A stretch of DNA of 32,000 bases from Nostoc sp. PCC 7120 = FACHB-418 (GCF_000009705.1 NC_003276.1:90001-122000); one strand, 5' to 3'. Counted from the stretch's first letter, positions 1 to 8,453 are shown. The notes: generated by a model not told the origin, from the sequence alone. Made by a program: numbers and translations.

Positions 1-114
1 GCACGAGGGATTATCAACAGAGTGGCTTTTTTCAATCTATGAATTAACCAAAAAGAGTAACTTACCTCAACAAATTTCTTAGAGTCTCAATCCAATGACA
101 TTTTAACGACAATT

Positions 115-438
115 ATGAGTTCCCCTATTTCCCATGCTGAAGATCCAGACTTCCATTCATCTATTCAGGAAAACCTAAAACAGCTTTCGGCTCAGTTGGG
201 ATCTCCCTTGGACGAATCATCAGTCATGGAAATATACCAGGATGCGTGTGATCTACTAAGCCACCTTTCCCCTTCACCTCTTACTCTTGCCCGTGTTGCC
301 GGAACATTACTGGTTTACCAGGTCAATGACACAGAACTGGAAGAATCTAAGTGGTTCAGCAACCAGGTGAAACAATGTCTGGACGAAGAAGAAGTTGAGG
401 AGTTGATTGAATCTATGTCTCGCACTGATGCTTTATGA
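115..438 (+). CDS. hypothetical small acidic protein (107 aa)
   Basis: Uninterrupted ATG ORF from the track with an acidic C-terminus (DEEEVEELIE). No family recognised by eye. Confidence 0.4.
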   Translation: MSSPISHAEDPDFHSSIQENLKQLSAQLGSPLDESSVMEIYQDACDLLSHLSPSPLTLARVAGTLLVYQVNDTELEESKWFSNQVKQCLDEEEVEELIESMSRTDAL

Positions 439-924
439 ACTTCAAGTAAATAACTCAGACCGAAAATTTTGGCTGAATAACCGCAAAAAAGTTAACAATT
501 ATTGTTGGTTCCAAAAAATTAATATCGCTGGCTGTGCGGACTACAAATGACCAGCAAAGCACAACAGACTATGGCAAAGGCTCTTACAACCCCATCAATA
601 AAAGCTCAAAGCTTTTACTAGTGTCAATTGATGCTAAATTCTGTATGCTTCATTAATATGCACTGCACTCCTCACACAAGAAGACTATGCCAAAAAATTG
701 GGCTTTGAAAATAGACCAGTTTTTTAATGCAAACCCCCACTGCATCATCGCTACCGCCCATGTAGACACATTTCCCGCCGACCTACCCTTAGAACCAAAT
801 ATCCGAGAACCGAACAAGAAAAGTGCAACATACAGACAAATATTTGACTCGGTGACGACTCAACCAGAAAAATTCTTTGAGCGTCATAGTGGAATTGTAC
901 TGTGTGCCAACAAGGTTAAACCCA

Positions 925-932
925 ATAAAAAT
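925..932. repeat. target-site duplication ATAAAAAT, left of IS copy 1
   Basis: Identical 8-mer directly abuts both IS termini (925..932 and 2610..2617). Confidence 0.85.
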
Positions 933-950
933 CTAGCGTGGCAAAACTTA

Positions 951-1697
951 CTAGAGAAGACGACTCTCTAGATTAGCCAAGTAAGCCTTGGGGTCTCTGC
1001 GAAATCGATACTGTTCAATTCTGGCTTTGTGGTGTTTTTGCAATTGAGAGCGTAATTCGAGCCAAGTATGAATATCAACTTGTGCTAAATCAGATGCGGT
1101 AAAAGAATGAAGCTTAGTAGCTATCGCACAGGCAAGTTTGACAGAACCACGAATAACGAGAGATGAGGGGGCAACCTTACGACCGGTACAACGACGTTGA
1201 TGATAACGTAGCATACCAAAAGCGTGTTCTAAGTCATTATTAGTTCTAGGAAAATCTTCAATTTCATAACAATGAAAAAGTCCAGACCAGTAGCTGTGGG
1301 TGGTTTTTATAAAGTTATCGATTGCAGTGTTCAGGGTACCAGCTTTCTGCTTTTGTTGAGACATTTCTGTCAACAGTTGCTGATAACTTTGTTTGACCCC
1401 AGCAGCATCAAGACCTATTTTATTGTTGAGAATATTACTAGCTTTATCAACCCACTGATATGCAACCCTCACAGGTGAAAATAAAGATGCAGTAGCAGAT
1501 AATCCCTTAGCTAGAAGGTGTTTTAGGTTAACTAAAGGTGGTGGTAAAGCACTTCTTTTTTCCATCCTTTCTAAGCTTTGTTCTATCAAAGTCAAATTTT
1601 CTTGTAACTTTAATCCAGATGCCTCTAACGGTGGATGTCCATCATTGGTTATAGAACTACGGACTGCCGAGCAATAATCTTCAATAATAGTCACCAA
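951..1697 (-). CDS. transposase orfB (C-terminal part; frame is open upstream to 1757)
   Basis: 248-aa ORF containing RTNNDLEHAFGMLR. The same frame reads VRGLREIERSVTNEDKDL directly from the A10 run, so the track's GTG start is probably not the real N-terminus. Confidence 0.75.
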   Translation of the reverse strand: MVTIIEDYCSAVRSSITNDGHPPLEASGLKLQENLTLIEQSLERMEKRSALPPPLVNLKHLLAKGLSATASLFSPVRVAYQWVDKASNILNNKIGLDAAGVKQSYQQLLTEMSQQKQKAGTLNTAIDNFIKTTHSYWSGLFHCYEIEDFPRTNNDLEHAFGMLRYHQRRCTGRKVAPSSLVIRGSVKLACAIATKLHSFTASDLAQVDIHTWLELRSQLQKHHKARIEQYRFRRDPKAYLANLESRLL

Positions 1698-1743
1698 ATC
1701 CTTATCTTCATTGGTAACACTACGTTCAATTTCTCGTAATCCT

Positions 1744-2532
1744 CTAACTTTTTTTTTTCAATTCCTTTTTTGCATTTCTATCCGCCTCATATATGGGTTT
1801 AATTGCTTCTTTCAGGTAATGGTAATGACATAAACCATGAGCAATTTTAGGTAATGCTAACCCAACAGCTTTACGAATTGATTGTTGTCCATCACTAACA
1901 ACTCCATCAATTGGTACATCCAGTGTATTAGCCACTTCTAATAATAACGCTACTAAATCTTCATTCCTTGATGATAATAAAGTTTTAGCAAGTAAAATTT
2001 CTCCTGATAGACAATCTCGAATTACCCATAATACCTCATGTCCAATTTCTGGCTGCATCCCATCAATGGCTAATATCACCCGTCCTTGATTAGCCACTAT
2101 TGCTTTTAATCTTTTATGGTCTTTTAGCCATAAAGAAAGTAACTCGTCATATCTGTCAATTAAGTGTGTGACCGTTCGTTGACTTATACATATACCCTTT
2201 AATTCAAGGTGAGTATGTATTTGAGGAACACTTCTATGTTCCTGGTAGCGTAATGCTCCTATATAAGCAATCACATCCAAACCAAATTCGTTCTGTGGTA
2301 GAGCGAGTGACCCTTCTTGCTCTGGTCGATATGCTTTTTTATACCGCATACATGACTTATTTTGACATCGCCGAATTTTTAGCTGTAGTTCTACTACCCC
2401 ATTTAGCGTTCTTATATGTCGAGGATTATTGTATTCATTCCACATTGCTTGACCACACGAAGGGCATTTTTTTTGAACACAATCGAGTACTTCAAACGAT
2501 GTTGCTTCTGGTTTTAAACTTTTTCTTACCAA
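1744..2532 (-). CDS. transposase orfA (262 aa; zinc-finger-like N-terminus plus first part of DDE-type core)
   Basis: Cysteine cluster CPSCG...CQNKSC near the N-terminus. Acidic motifs ILAIDGMQPE and VVSDGQQSI. The ORF ends ...KELKKKS* inside an A10 run. Confidence 0.8.
   Translation of the reverse strand: MVRKSLKPEATSFEVLDCVQKKCPSCGQAMWNEYNNPRHIRTLNGVVELQLKIRRCQNKSCMRYKKAYRPEQEGSLALPQNEFGLDVIAYIGALRYQEHRSVPQIHTHLELKGICISQRTVTHLIDRYDELLSLWLKDHKRLKAIVANQGRVILAIDGMQPEIGHEVLWVIRDCLSGEILLAKTLLSSRNEDLVALLLEVANTLDVPIDGVVSDGQQSIRKAVGLALPKIAHGLCHYHYLKEAIKPIYEADRNAKKELKKKS
1749..1758 (-). other. A10 homopolymer at the orfA/orfB junction (candidate slippage/recoding site)
   Basis: T10 on the plus strand. 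orfB is in the +1 frame relative to orfA, and an A9 (or A12) message would give one ~527-aa fusion. The run is identical in both IS copies. Confidence 0.45.
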
Positions 2533-2609
2533 GTTTTTGTACCATTATTTCGTTACAAGCTCAAGATTACAGGATCTCTGCTCCTCTCTAGTAAGTTTTG
2601 CCACGCTAG

Positions 2610-2617
2610 ATAAAAAT
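2610..2617. repeat. target-site duplication ATAAAAAT, right of IS copy 1
   Basis: Identical 8-mer directly abuts both IS termini. Confidence 0.85.
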
Positions 2618-3665
2618 AAGACACAGCTAGAGCTAGAGGTACTGGAAGCTTGTGAAGGTGGTAGCGACGGCATTATTAATGGTGGGCATACGGTTTTAGC
2701 GTTTGAGCAAGCAAGAAATTATAAATATGACCTAACCGAAGCTAGAGTCAAAGTCACAATTCATATTGGTTTAACAGAAGATGAGGCTAAGGATATCGCT
2801 CTGGCATCAAACACATCTGCCCCTGTGGATGCGCGTTCTAAAGTCAACGCCAGGGGTGACTACAAATTCCTCAAGCAGTTCTTAGCACAATTGGAACGTG
2901 AGCAAAAGACAAAGTTCAGAATTGCGTATTACCAAAACCAAAGCGGTGCGCCCAAGAGTCCACAGTGTAACGTCAACCATTTGATTAAGTTGATGAACTG
3001 TTTGGACAGGAATAAATATAATCCAGACTCTAAAAGCAGAACCAAACACCCACCTGTGAGCAACACCCCGTCCTTGAGTGAGACGGAAAGACAACGCCTG
3101 TCGAAACTGTTACCGCTACTGTCCAAAGGGTTATGGATTGAGCAACGACTATTTCAGGTAATTGAGGAGCATATCACCAAGCCTAAAAGAAAGGGGGTAG
3201 TTGACCTCGCATCAATTGACCCACGTAAGAATACACTACTGCCCGACAGCAGATATTCGTTTGGTTTCAGTGCGCCGGCTGATATTGCCATGCCGATTGT
3301 TGCTGCCTACCGGGTGTTTTTAGATGAACAGTACAACTGGATAATACCTTTTGATGACTTTGCTGAAGATTTTCTGCAACATCTGTGGAATAACTATTAC
3401 CGCAAGTATTTGGTGTCTGAGAAGTTGGCAGGCAATACAGTTGGCAGCAAAATCTGTCGTAATCCTGTCATCTGGGACAATCTCTACGTTTCAGCGCAAA
3501 GCTACCTGAATCAGCAGTTACTGAAGATGGTTAGCTCCAGCACTAAGCGCGAAGAATTGAAGCTGGTGAATTGACGATAATTATTGGGAAAGGCAGCTAT
3601 GCTGGAGGCAGAAGGCATCTGATTCCTACACTCTGCACTCTCATTGGGAGTAAGGGTTTAAGACC

Positions 3666-3688
3666 CCACCAAATTTTCAATTTGGTGG
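3666..3688 (+). terminator. perfect 10-bp stem / 3-nt loop hairpin downstream of the AIPR-like gene (weak terminator candidate)
   Basis: CCACCAAATT-ttc-AATTTGGTGG lies ~90 nt after the stop at 3574 and is followed by CTCTTGTTC, which is only a weak U-tract. It could instead be a small dispersed repeat. Confidence 0.25.
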
Positions 3689-3952
3689 CTCTTGTTCAGG
3701 AGGGGTCGGAATCCCCGAATATACAAAACCTTCTGACTTGAAAATGCTATTTAGATGAGTATCTATGTAACTCAGTCCCACACCACATTTTCAAGCTTGG
3801 CTGTGAAACTTGTTTCATCGGGACTGCCTTGTGCCTTCTTCAATGCCAGTCGTGTTTCCCGGACAGTTTAGATATAATGGCACGAAATAGTTCCCTAAAC
3901 CGATCTGGATTTGATTCGAGCCAACCGGTAGCATTCATTTATATATCTCCTA

Positions 3953-4456
3953 CTAATTTTTGATGATATAATCTTTCCATTGCCAGACAATTTCTAGTTC
4001 GGCTTGACTTTCTGCATTTTCACCATCTTCGCCAACGACAAACCGTAGAAAAGCAGCAATTGCCAAGGCTTGATGACGATCAAAACCATATATTTTAATC
4101 ACCTCACTAGGGATACTTTTTCGTAAACTTCCCAACATTGGTGATATCTTAAAAAACGGGATATGGGAACTAATATGCCCTTCCAGAGCAGCAATCATAA
4201 ATGCGGGTAGATAGTAGTGAGTTCCCCCTTCGTCCATAAATGATAAGGCTGATTCAAAATTGATGAGGGTTGCACGGGGGATTTCCATCCATTGATTTTC
4301 GGTATCTTGCGCTCAGGCGGCGACAACTTCCTCGTCAGTACAGTAATTGTCGAGAGCGATTGCTTGGTGTAAAGTGATGCCATCGCCAAGTTGTATATGT
4401 GCAAATGCAGTTTGAATCAGATCGATAACTGCTTTTGAAGATAAGAATGCTGACAT
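3953..4456 (-). pseudogene. small cytosolic protein gene with an in-frame TGA (codon 48, at 4313..4315)
   Basis: The ATG at 4456 opens MSAFLSSKAVIDLIQTAFAHIQLGDGITLHQAIALDNYCTDEEVVAA-TGA-AQDTENQW. This runs in the same frame into track ORF 3953..4288 (MEIPRATLINFES...THYYLPAFM...). It is one 167-codon frame with a single stop. It may be DUF6714-like; that is a low-certainty recollection. Confidence 0.55.
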
Positions 4457-4504
4457 AATTAATTTGATATCTGCACTTTGTAGTCAAACAAGAATATTCG
4501 ATTA

Positions 4505-4936
4505 TCATGAATTTTTCGTGCTAAGTATTCCCCATAATAATGCGATTGCATATCCTAATAAAAGTCCTAAAAAAGCATCTTCCACTAATGTCCAATGGGG
4601 TAAATTAGAATATCCGGTAGGCGGGATATTTTCTATCAAAATTTGCAGATTAGAATAACATCGACCACTTTGTTTTACTCCATAGCAATTTCCCGGCGAT
4701 GTCAGTAAAACCGCTAATTGCAGTCCTAAGACTATGCCCCAAATTTTGTATTTTATTTTTACTGTTCTAGTACGATTTTTAACAATAAAAATCCATGTTA
4801 ATAATAAAATAACTCCAAAAAATGGCAAAAGCAGAAAGAAATAAACTATCCCACCAATAATAGTATTTGATGCAGCCAAAAAGAAACTAAAACTCAATAA
4901 AATATAAGCCGTAAAACCCAATCCAAATTTAACCAT
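4505..4936 (-). CDS. hypothetical integral membrane protein (143 aa)
   Basis: ATG ORF with several long hydrophobic segments, 34 nt downstream of 4971..5825 on the same strand. Confidence 0.55.
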   Translation of the reverse strand: MVKFGLGFTAYILLSFSFFLAASNTIIGGIVYFFLLLPFFGVILLLTWIFIVKNRTRTVKIKYKIWGIVLGLQLAVLLTSPGNCYGVKQSGRCYSNLQILIENIPPTGYSNLPHWTLVEDAFLGLLLGYAIALLWGILSTKNS

Positions 4937-4970
4937 CTTATTATTATTTTGATTTAATTCATGAAAATAT

Positions 4971-5825
4971 CTATGGTTTGTGTTCAGAAATAAACGAGTT
5001 AATTGCAGTTACTACTTCCCCACTTCCATCGCGAGCAAATTTCTGTTGATGAAATATAAACGGTCGGCGGTTTGCAAATAGCAGGCGGATATTTTGGTAA
5101 TTTCTGCGTCGATTATAAACATCGCCACCATAAATTCCAAATTTTTCAGAAAGTATTCCTAGATGCCCTACAATCTGAGTATCGGCTGCAATCAGTTGAG
5201 TAAAGAGGGATAATTGCGAACGGAATCTTCCCAGCTTGATTATGGTGACTGTATTAGCATTAGCATCTATTTCTAAGGTGTTGTATCGTTGATTGACAAT
5301 TATTATCAGACCTAAGATAAACAGCAATAACCCAACAGGTAGAAGGAAAAACATAATAAATTTACTCAGGTTTGCAGAGGCATACAGATTCATTTCCCAT
5401 GTTTTATTACCACTATTTAATCGTCCTAAACCTTGATTGATGAATTTAATATTTTCAAAATTATTAGATGTTGATTCTAGGACAATCCAAGGTTTTGAAC
5501 TAGTAAGAACAATATTTTGTTGGTTCACACTCTGTGAGGATATCGCATTTTTGACATCTGTAATTTTAATTGTTTTTCCATTTATGATACCAGGAACTCG
5601 ATAATTACAGGTTGTAGTTTGCTGCTGTCGCCAGCAGGTAAGCGTTCGAGGTAAATTGGCTTCCCAAAGCATAACTGCTAAAAGTGAATTGATGAAAATA
5701 ACGACCCCGAAATAGGTCAAGAAAAATAACCAAAAAGCTAATCCTGCATCTTGATGAATGAGCAAAATATCATGACTATGCTTGCGAACCCTAAACTTTC
5801 CAAAAATATGGACAAAAATATTCAT
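4971..5825 (-). CDS. hypothetical membrane protein (284 aa, about two TM segments)
   Basis: ATG ORF with hydrophobic stretches GLAFWLFFLTYFGVVIFINSLLAVML and FIMFFLLPVGLLLFILGLIIIV. The terminus of IS copy 2 lies 18 nt upstream of the start codon. Confidence 0.6.
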   Translation of the reverse strand: MNIFVHIFGKFRVRKHSHDILLIHQDAGLAFWLFFLTYFGVVIFINSLLAVMLWEANLPRTLTCWRQQQTTTCNYRVPGIINGKTIKITDVKNAISSQSVNQQNIVLTSSKPWIVLESTSNNFENIKFINQGLGRLNSGNKTWEMNLYASANLSKFIMFFLLPVGLLLFILGLIIIVNQRYNTLEIDANANTVTIIKLGRFRSQLSLFTQLIAADTQIVGHLGILSEKFGIYGGDVYNRRRNYQNIRLLFANRRPFIFHQQKFARDGSGEVVTAINSFISEHKP

Positions 5826-5835
5826 TACTTTGAAC

Positions 5836-5843
5836 GAAATTAT
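5836..5843. repeat. target-site duplication GAAATTAT, left of IS copy 2
   Basis: Identical 8-mer at 5836..5843 and 7521..7528, directly abutting the IS ends. Confidence 0.85.
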
Positions 5844-5861
5844 CTAGCGTGGCAAAACTTA

Positions 5862-6608
5862 CTAGAGAAGACGACTCTCTAGATTAGCCAAGTAAGCCTT
5901 GGGGTCTCTGCGAAATCGATACTGTTCAATTCTGGCTTTGTGGTGTTTTTGCAATTGAGAGCGTAATTCGAGCCAAGTATGAATATCAACTTGTGCTAAA
6001 TCAGATGCGGTAAAAGAATGAAGCTTAGTAGCTATCGCACAGGCAAGTTTGACAGAACCACGAATAACGAGAGATGAGGGGGCAACCTTACGACCGGTAC
6101 AACGACGTTGATGATAACGTAGCATACCAAAAGCGTGTTCTAAGTCATTATTAGTTCTAGGAAAATCTTCAATTTCATAACAATGAAAAAGTCCAGACCA
6201 GTAGCTGTGGGTGGTTTTTATAAAGTTATCGATTGCAGTGTTCAGGGTACCAGCTTTCTGCTTTTGTTGAGACATTTCTGTCAACAGTTGCTGATAACTT
6301 TGTTTGACCCCAGCAGCATCAAGACCTATTTTATTGTTGAGAATATTACTAGCTTTATCAACCCACTGATATGCAACCCTCACAGGTGAAAATAAAGATG
6401 CAGTAGCAGATAATCCCTTAGCTAGAAGGTGTTTTAGGTTAACTAAAGGTGGTGGTAAAGCACTTCTTTTTTCCATCCTTTCTAAGCTTTGTTCTATCAA
6501 AGTCAAATTTTCTTGTAACTTTAATCCAGATGCCTCTAACGGTGGATGTCCATCATTGGTTATAGAACTACGGACTGCCGAGCAATAATCTTCAATAATA
6601 GTCACCAA
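5862..6608 (-). CDS. transposase orfB, IS copy 2
   Basis: Protein identical to 951..1697. Confidence 0.75.
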   Translation of the reverse strand: MVTIIEDYCSAVRSSITNDGHPPLEASGLKLQENLTLIEQSLERMEKRSALPPPLVNLKHLLAKGLSATASLFSPVRVAYQWVDKASNILNNKIGLDAAGVKQSYQQLLTEMSQQKQKAGTLNTAIDNFIKTTHSYWSGLFHCYEIEDFPRTNNDLEHAFGMLRYHQRRCTGRKVAPSSLVIRGSVKLACAIATKLHSFTASDLAQVDIHTWLELRSQLQKHHKARIEQYRFRRDPKAYLANLESRLL

Positions 6609-6654
6609 ATCCTTATCTTCATTGGTAACACTACGTTCAATTTCTCGTAATCCT

Positions 6655-7443
6655 CTAACTTTTTTTTTTCAATTCCTTTTTTGCATTTCTATCCGCCTCA
6701 TATATGGGTTTAATTGCTTCTTTCAGGTAATGGTAATGACATAAACCATGAGCAATTTTAGGTAATGCTAACCCAACAGCTTTACGAATTGATTGTTGTC
6801 CATCACTAACAACTCCATCAATTGGTACATCCAGTGTATTAGCCACTTCTAATAATAACGCTACTAAATCTTCATTCCTTGATGATAATAAAGTTTTAGC
6901 AAGTAAAATTTCTCCTGATAGACAATCTCGAATTACCCATAATACCTCATGTCCAATTTCTGGCTGCATCCCATCAATGGCTAATATCACCCGTCCTTGA
7001 TTAGCCACTATTGCTTTTAATCTTTTATGGTCTTTTAGCCATAAAGAAAGTAACTCGTCATATCTGTCAATTAAGTGTGTGACCGTTCGTTTACTTATAC
7101 ATATACCTTTTAATTCAAGGTGAGTGTGTATTTGAGGAACACTTCTATGTTCCTGGTAGCGTAATGCTCCTATATAAGCAATCACATCCAAACCAAATTC
7201 GTTCTGTGGTAGAGCGAGTGACCCTTCTTGCTCTGGTCGATATGCTTTTTTATACCGCATACATGACTTATTTTGACATCGCCGAATTTTTAGCTGTAGT
7301 TCTACTACCCCATTTAGCGTTCTTATATGTCGAGGATTATTGTATTCATTCCACATTGCTTGACCACACGAAGGGCATTTTTTTTGAACACAATCGAGTA
7401 CTTCAAACGATGTTGCTTCTGGTTTTAAACTTTTTCTTACCAA
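6655..7443 (-). CDS. transposase orfA, IS copy 2
   Basis: Identical to 1744..2532 except Q117K (ISQRT vs ISKRT) plus two synonymous changes. Confidence 0.8.
   Translation of the reverse strand: MVRKSLKPEATSFEVLDCVQKKCPSCGQAMWNEYNNPRHIRTLNGVVELQLKIRRCQNKSCMRYKKAYRPEQEGSLALPQNEFGLDVIAYIGALRYQEHRSVPQIHTHLELKGICISKRTVTHLIDRYDELLSLWLKDHKRLKAIVANQGRVILAIDGMQPEIGHEVLWVIRDCLSGEILLAKTLLSSRNEDLVALLLEVANTLDVPIDGVVSDGQQSIRKAVGLALPKIAHGLCHYHYLKEAIKPIYEADRNAKKELKKKS
6660..6669 (-). other. A10 homopolymer at the orfA/orfB junction, IS copy 2
   Basis: Same T10 run on the plus strand as 1749..1758. Confidence 0.45.
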
Positions 7444-7520
7444 GTTTTTGTACCATTATTTCGTTACAAGCTCAAGATTACAGGATCTCTGCTCCTCTCT
7501 AGTAAGTTTTGCCACGCTAG

Positions 7521-7528
7521 GAAATTAT
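7521..7528. repeat. target-site duplication GAAATTAT, right of IS copy 2
   Basis: Identical 8-mer at both IS ends. Confidence 0.85.
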
Positions 7529-7541
7529 ACTCAAGCTATCT

Positions 7542-8057
7542 CTACTCAAATTCAGGTGGCCAAAGTTCTGCGATCTCTAATTCCCAACCTGGAAGTAACT
7601 CTGGTAGAGTCAGTTTGTCATTATCTTTCAAAACAACTGGTTCAAGGTTACGGCGGTAAACTGTCACCAAAACTTTGTCAGGGTCAATAAGGATACCCAC
7701 TGTAGAACCAAGTTCAAGAAATAGCTTGATTTTTTCTTGTAATGGTTTGATGCGGTCACTTTTAGATTTGACCTCAACAGTGAGATCAGGTACTAACTCC
7801 ACAAAGTCACGCTGAGTTTTTTTTAGTCGTTCAGCGCGAACAAAAGACACATCAGGAGCGCGTAAGTTTCTTTTTTCAGGGTTGCCTGTGTTGTCATCAT
7901 TTTCCAGACTAGGCAAGATAAAGCCAGCACTAGAACCAGTCACTCTGCCTAACTTGCGAGGCATAACCCACATATTGAGGAAAGTTAACAGGCGAGAACC
8001 AATTTCATCTGACTCGTAATCGGATGGCCCGCAACCACATAACCCCACTGTGAACAC
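7542..8057 (-). CDS. Uma2-family (DUF820) putative endonuclease, 5' region apparently degraded
   Basis: RAPDVSFV...LVPDLTVEVKSKSD...ELGSTVGILIDPD...LPGWELEIAELW fits the Uma2 pattern common in cyanobacteria. The track ORF begins at a GTG, and an Uma2-type N-terminal motif (GEIQDGEFVEK...SHG) sits upstream at ~8105-8175 in another frame. Confidence 0.6.
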   Translation of the reverse strand: MFTVGLCGCGPSDYESDEIGSRLLTFLNMWVMPRKLGRVTGSSAGFILPSLENDDNTGNPEKRNLRAPDVSFVRAERLKKTQRDFVELVPDLTVEVKSKSDRIKPLQEKIKLFLELGSTVGILIDPDKVLVTVYRRNLEPVVLKDNDKLTLPELLPGWELEIAELWPPEFE

Positions 8058-8453
8058 TTCCGCACCATCCCCCTAATCACAATCTGCACTCGCAGGGTCA
8101 TCATTCCAGCACTCCATGAGAAAATCTAAGCCTGGTTTTTTCAACAAATTCCCCATCTTGAATTTCTCCATGCGCCAAGGTCTAGCCTTGGCTCTCTCTG
8201 CGATACCTACGGTGGGTTTTGCCTACGTCCGACTCAGCCTTCATAGGCAAACACCAAAAACCTTGTACCTTCATAGCTGAACTCTGCCATTTGGCACATC
8301 CCCATTTTTCGATGAGCTTGAAGAGATGGTTCATTGTGACCTTTGATAAATAGTATTCCTTGGCGTTGAGGTAATAAATTCTTCAACTTAGCAAACATTG
8401 CCGCAGCAATACCTTGACCTCGCATACTTTCCTCAACGCATATAGGGCCATAC

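Larger units (their letters stand above)
933..2609 (-). mobile_element. IS element copy 1 (1677 bp), family not assigned
   Basis: A same-length copy lies at 5844..7520 (offset 4911). It has perfect 25-bp terminal inverted repeats (CTAGCGTGGCAAAACTTACTAGAGA), is flanked by the direct 8-bp ATAAAAAT, and carries a two-ORF transposase on the minus strand. Confidence 0.9.
687..3574 (+). pseudogene. AIPR-like (abortive-infection family) gene split by an IS insertion; fragments 687..932 and 2618..3574
   Basis: The 5' fragment stops being gene-like exactly at the IS left end, and the frame resumes right after the IS and its 8-bp duplication. Deleting 933..2617 restores one ~400-aa ORF (...VKPNKN|KTQLELEVLEAC...). 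NIREPNKKS, FFERHSGIVLCA and DGIINGGHT resemble AIPR-family motifs (from memory, not searched). The first 24 codons of track ORF 2537..3574 are IS sequence. Confidence 0.6.
5844..7520 (-). mobile_element. IS element copy 2 (1677 bp)
   Basis: Same termini and length as 933..2609, flanked by the direct 8-bp GAAATTAT. It differs from copy 1 at only three positions that I could find (7092, 7108, 7126). Confidence 0.9.

Noticed and set aside
1272-2591. Plus-strand track ORFs inside IS copy 1 (1272..1478, 2253..2591), with twins in copy 2 (6183..6389, 7164..7502)
   Set aside because: They are antisense to the much longer transposase frames. They have low-complexity, odd composition and no motifs. 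They are duplicated only because the IS is duplicated.
3575-3952. Intergenic region checked for tRNA, small RNA or a MITE
   Set aside because: Apart from the 3666..3688 hairpin, I could not fold a cloverleaf or find terminal inverted repeats or a second copy in the window. This remains unresolved without a genome-wide repeat search.
4195-4404. 69-aa minus-strand ORF overlapping 3953..4456
   Set aside because: It is a different frame of the same region. The 4456..3953 frame with one TGA gives a coherent protein across the whole span.
7448-7690. 80-aa plus-strand ORF spanning the right end of IS copy 2 into the Uma2 gene region
   Set aside because: It starts inside the IS and runs antisense through the 3' end of the Uma2 gene. 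It is an artefact of the outward-open frame at the IS end, not a native gene.
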